A stretch of 64,000 nucleotides of DNA from Longimicrobiales bacterium (lineage in GTDB: Bacteria > Gemmatimonadota > Gemmatimonadetes > Longimicrobiales > Gaopeijiaceae), in the NCBI GenBank assembly GCA_965218295.1, contig CBDCKN010000013.1, positions 352,001-416,000 on the forward strand, read 5' to 3'. The notes beneath the pieces are model-generated. The model did no database searches. It was not told the DNA's origin and saw nothing but the letters and a program-made list of their open reading frames with translations. Positions 62,685 to 64,000 of the stretch are shown in pieces (within the stretch, counting starts at the first letter, position 1; every line of letters starts with the position of its first letter). The position numbers and the translations under genes are program-made.

Positions 62685-63527
62685 TCATCGGATCGCCTCC
62701 AGATGCTCCCGGAGGGAGTCGCCCCACATGGGCATGGAGCGGCCCAATAGGGCCTCGGCCTTGGACGAGTCGAGCACAGAGTAGCGGGGCCGGTCCGCGG
62801 GCGCGCCCCAGGCCTCCGCGGTGGTGGCCTCCAGCTCTACGTCGAGGTTCGCGAGTACGGCGGCCCCCTTCGCAAGGTCCAGCCAGGTGGCCTTGCCTCG
62901 GTCGCAGAGGTGGTACGTTCCGATCGCGCCCCTCTCGGCCAGCTCCACCAACGCGGGGGCCAGACTGTCCGTCCAGGTCGGGCACCCCACCTGGTCGTTC
63001 ATGATCTTGAGGGGGCTGGAACGGTATCGAGCTCCGACGATCACGTCGATGAAGTCCTTTCCGTCGGGTCCGTACAGCCAACTTGTGCGCACGACGGTCC
63101 AGCGGGCATCGGTCGTCTCGAGCACATTCTCGCCGGCCAGCTTGCTCCGGCCGTACGCGTTGACGGGGTGCGTCTCGTCCTCGGGCCGGTAGGGCCGATC
63201 CGACCGGCCGTCGAAGACATAGTCCGTGCTCGGATAGACGAGACTCGCTCCGATCGCGGCGGCGGCGAGCGCCACGTTGCGGGTTCCGTCACGGTTGACC
63301 GCCATGGCTCGATCGGGCTCCTCCTCCGCGTCGTCCACCGCGGTGAAGCCGGCACAGTGCATCACGGCCTCGGGCGCCTCGTCCCGCAACCGGCTCTCCA
63401 CCCACTCGGAGTCGGTGACGTCGAGCGCCGCCCGGTCCAGGGCGCGTACGTCGTGTCCCCTTCCCGTGGCCGCTCGTACGATGGCGCTGCCGAGAAGTCC
63501 CCCAGCGCCGGTGACGAGGATCCTCAA
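62685..63527 (-). CDS. rfbD: dTDP-4-dehydrorhamnose reductase
   Basis: TGAGGLLG, STDYVFDG, YGRSKLAGE, RTSWLY, RPRYSVLD. Confidence 0.95.
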   Translation of the reverse strand: MRILVTGAGGLLGSAIVRAATGRGHDVRALDRAALDVTDSEWVESRLRDEAPEAVMHCAGFTAVDDAEEEPDRAMAVNRDGTRNVALAAAAIGASLVYPSTDYVFDGRSDRPYRPEDETHPVNAYGRSKLAGENVLETTDARWTVVRTSWLYGPDGKDFIDVIVGARYRSSPLKIMNDQVGCPTWTDSLAPALVELAERGAIGTYHLCDRGKATWLDLAKGAAVLANLDVELEATTAEAWGAPADRPRYSVLDSSKAEALLGRSMPMWGDSLREHLEAIR

Positions 63528-64000
63528 GTGTAGAACCGCCTGATCGCCTCAGCCACCGCCGTGACCCGCTGCTCACCGAGTTCGGGGAACACGGGCAGGC
63601 TGAGCACTTCCGCGCACAGCTTCTCGGAGACCGGCAGGTCCCCCTCCCGGTAGCCCAACTCCGAGAAGCACGCCTGCAGGTGTAGCGCGAGCGGGTAGTA
63701 GACGGCGCTTCCGATGCCCTTGTCGTCCAGGTAGTCTCGGAGTTCGTCCCGTCGGCGGGCCCGGATCGTGTACTGGTTGTAGACGTGGACGTTGCCAGGT
63801 GCGACGGCGGGGGTGATGACCTCTGCGATGTCCGTGAGCAGCTCGTCGTAGAGCGCCGCGTTCCTCCGGCGTGCGTCGGACCATGACTCCAGGTGGGGCA
63901 GCTTGGCCGAGAGCACCGCGGCCTGGAGGGTGTCCAGGCGGCTGTTCGTGCCCACCATTTCGTGGTGGTACATCTTGAGGCCGCCGTGGACCCGAAGCTT
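63524..64000 (-). CDS. DegT/DnrJ aminotransferase, C-terminal part (5' outside window)
   Basis: GTNSRLDTLQAA, HVYNQYTIR, VYYPLALHLQ, LSLPVFP. Confidence 0.9.
   Translation of the reverse strand, partial: KLRVHGGLKMYHHEMVGTNSRLDTLQAAVLSAKLPHLESWSDARRRNAALYDELLTDIAEVITPAVAPGNVHVYNQYTIRARRRDELRDYLDDKGIGSAVYYPLALHLQACFSELGYREGDLPVSEKLCAEVLSLPVFPELGEQRVTAVAEAIRRFYT

Overview
High-GC bacterial chromosome segment. Gene content and lipoprotein style suggest Gemmatimonadota, but this is inference. About 1-35 kb is mostly minus-strand housekeeping and envelope genes (tatA/tatC, polyprenyl synthase, LptD-like, nrdR, tol-pal-cpoB, hemA-ccsA, rimI-tsaB-tsaE-uvrB, relA/spoT, radC, secA, nadD, bamD, TPR proteins). 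About 35.5-64 kb is a nucleotide-sugar/surface-glycan region (epimerases, UDP-GlcA decarboxylase, ugd, rfbABD, DegT) interleaved with toxin-antitoxin cassettes (three DUF4160/DUF2442 pairs, two PIN/VapC systems, remnants). It is split by a decaying, mostly plus-strand glycan-modification island carrying an internally deleted IS256 and an IS3-like element inserted into a copy of itself. The most unusual signal is non-coding. Five 163-216 bp fold-back miniature elements, plus a fragment, have covarying terminal and internal stems. They share a CTCCTCG-hairpin-CTCGTCGTCG core with a 272 bp two-armed element that has unrelated 32 bp terminal repeats. Three of them carry 26-30 nt GACC...GGTRCCC micro-hairpins that replace about 5 nt at fixed sites without target duplication. 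About ten small frameshifts, several in G/C runs, suggest assembly indel errors, so frameshift-only pseudogene calls are tentative.
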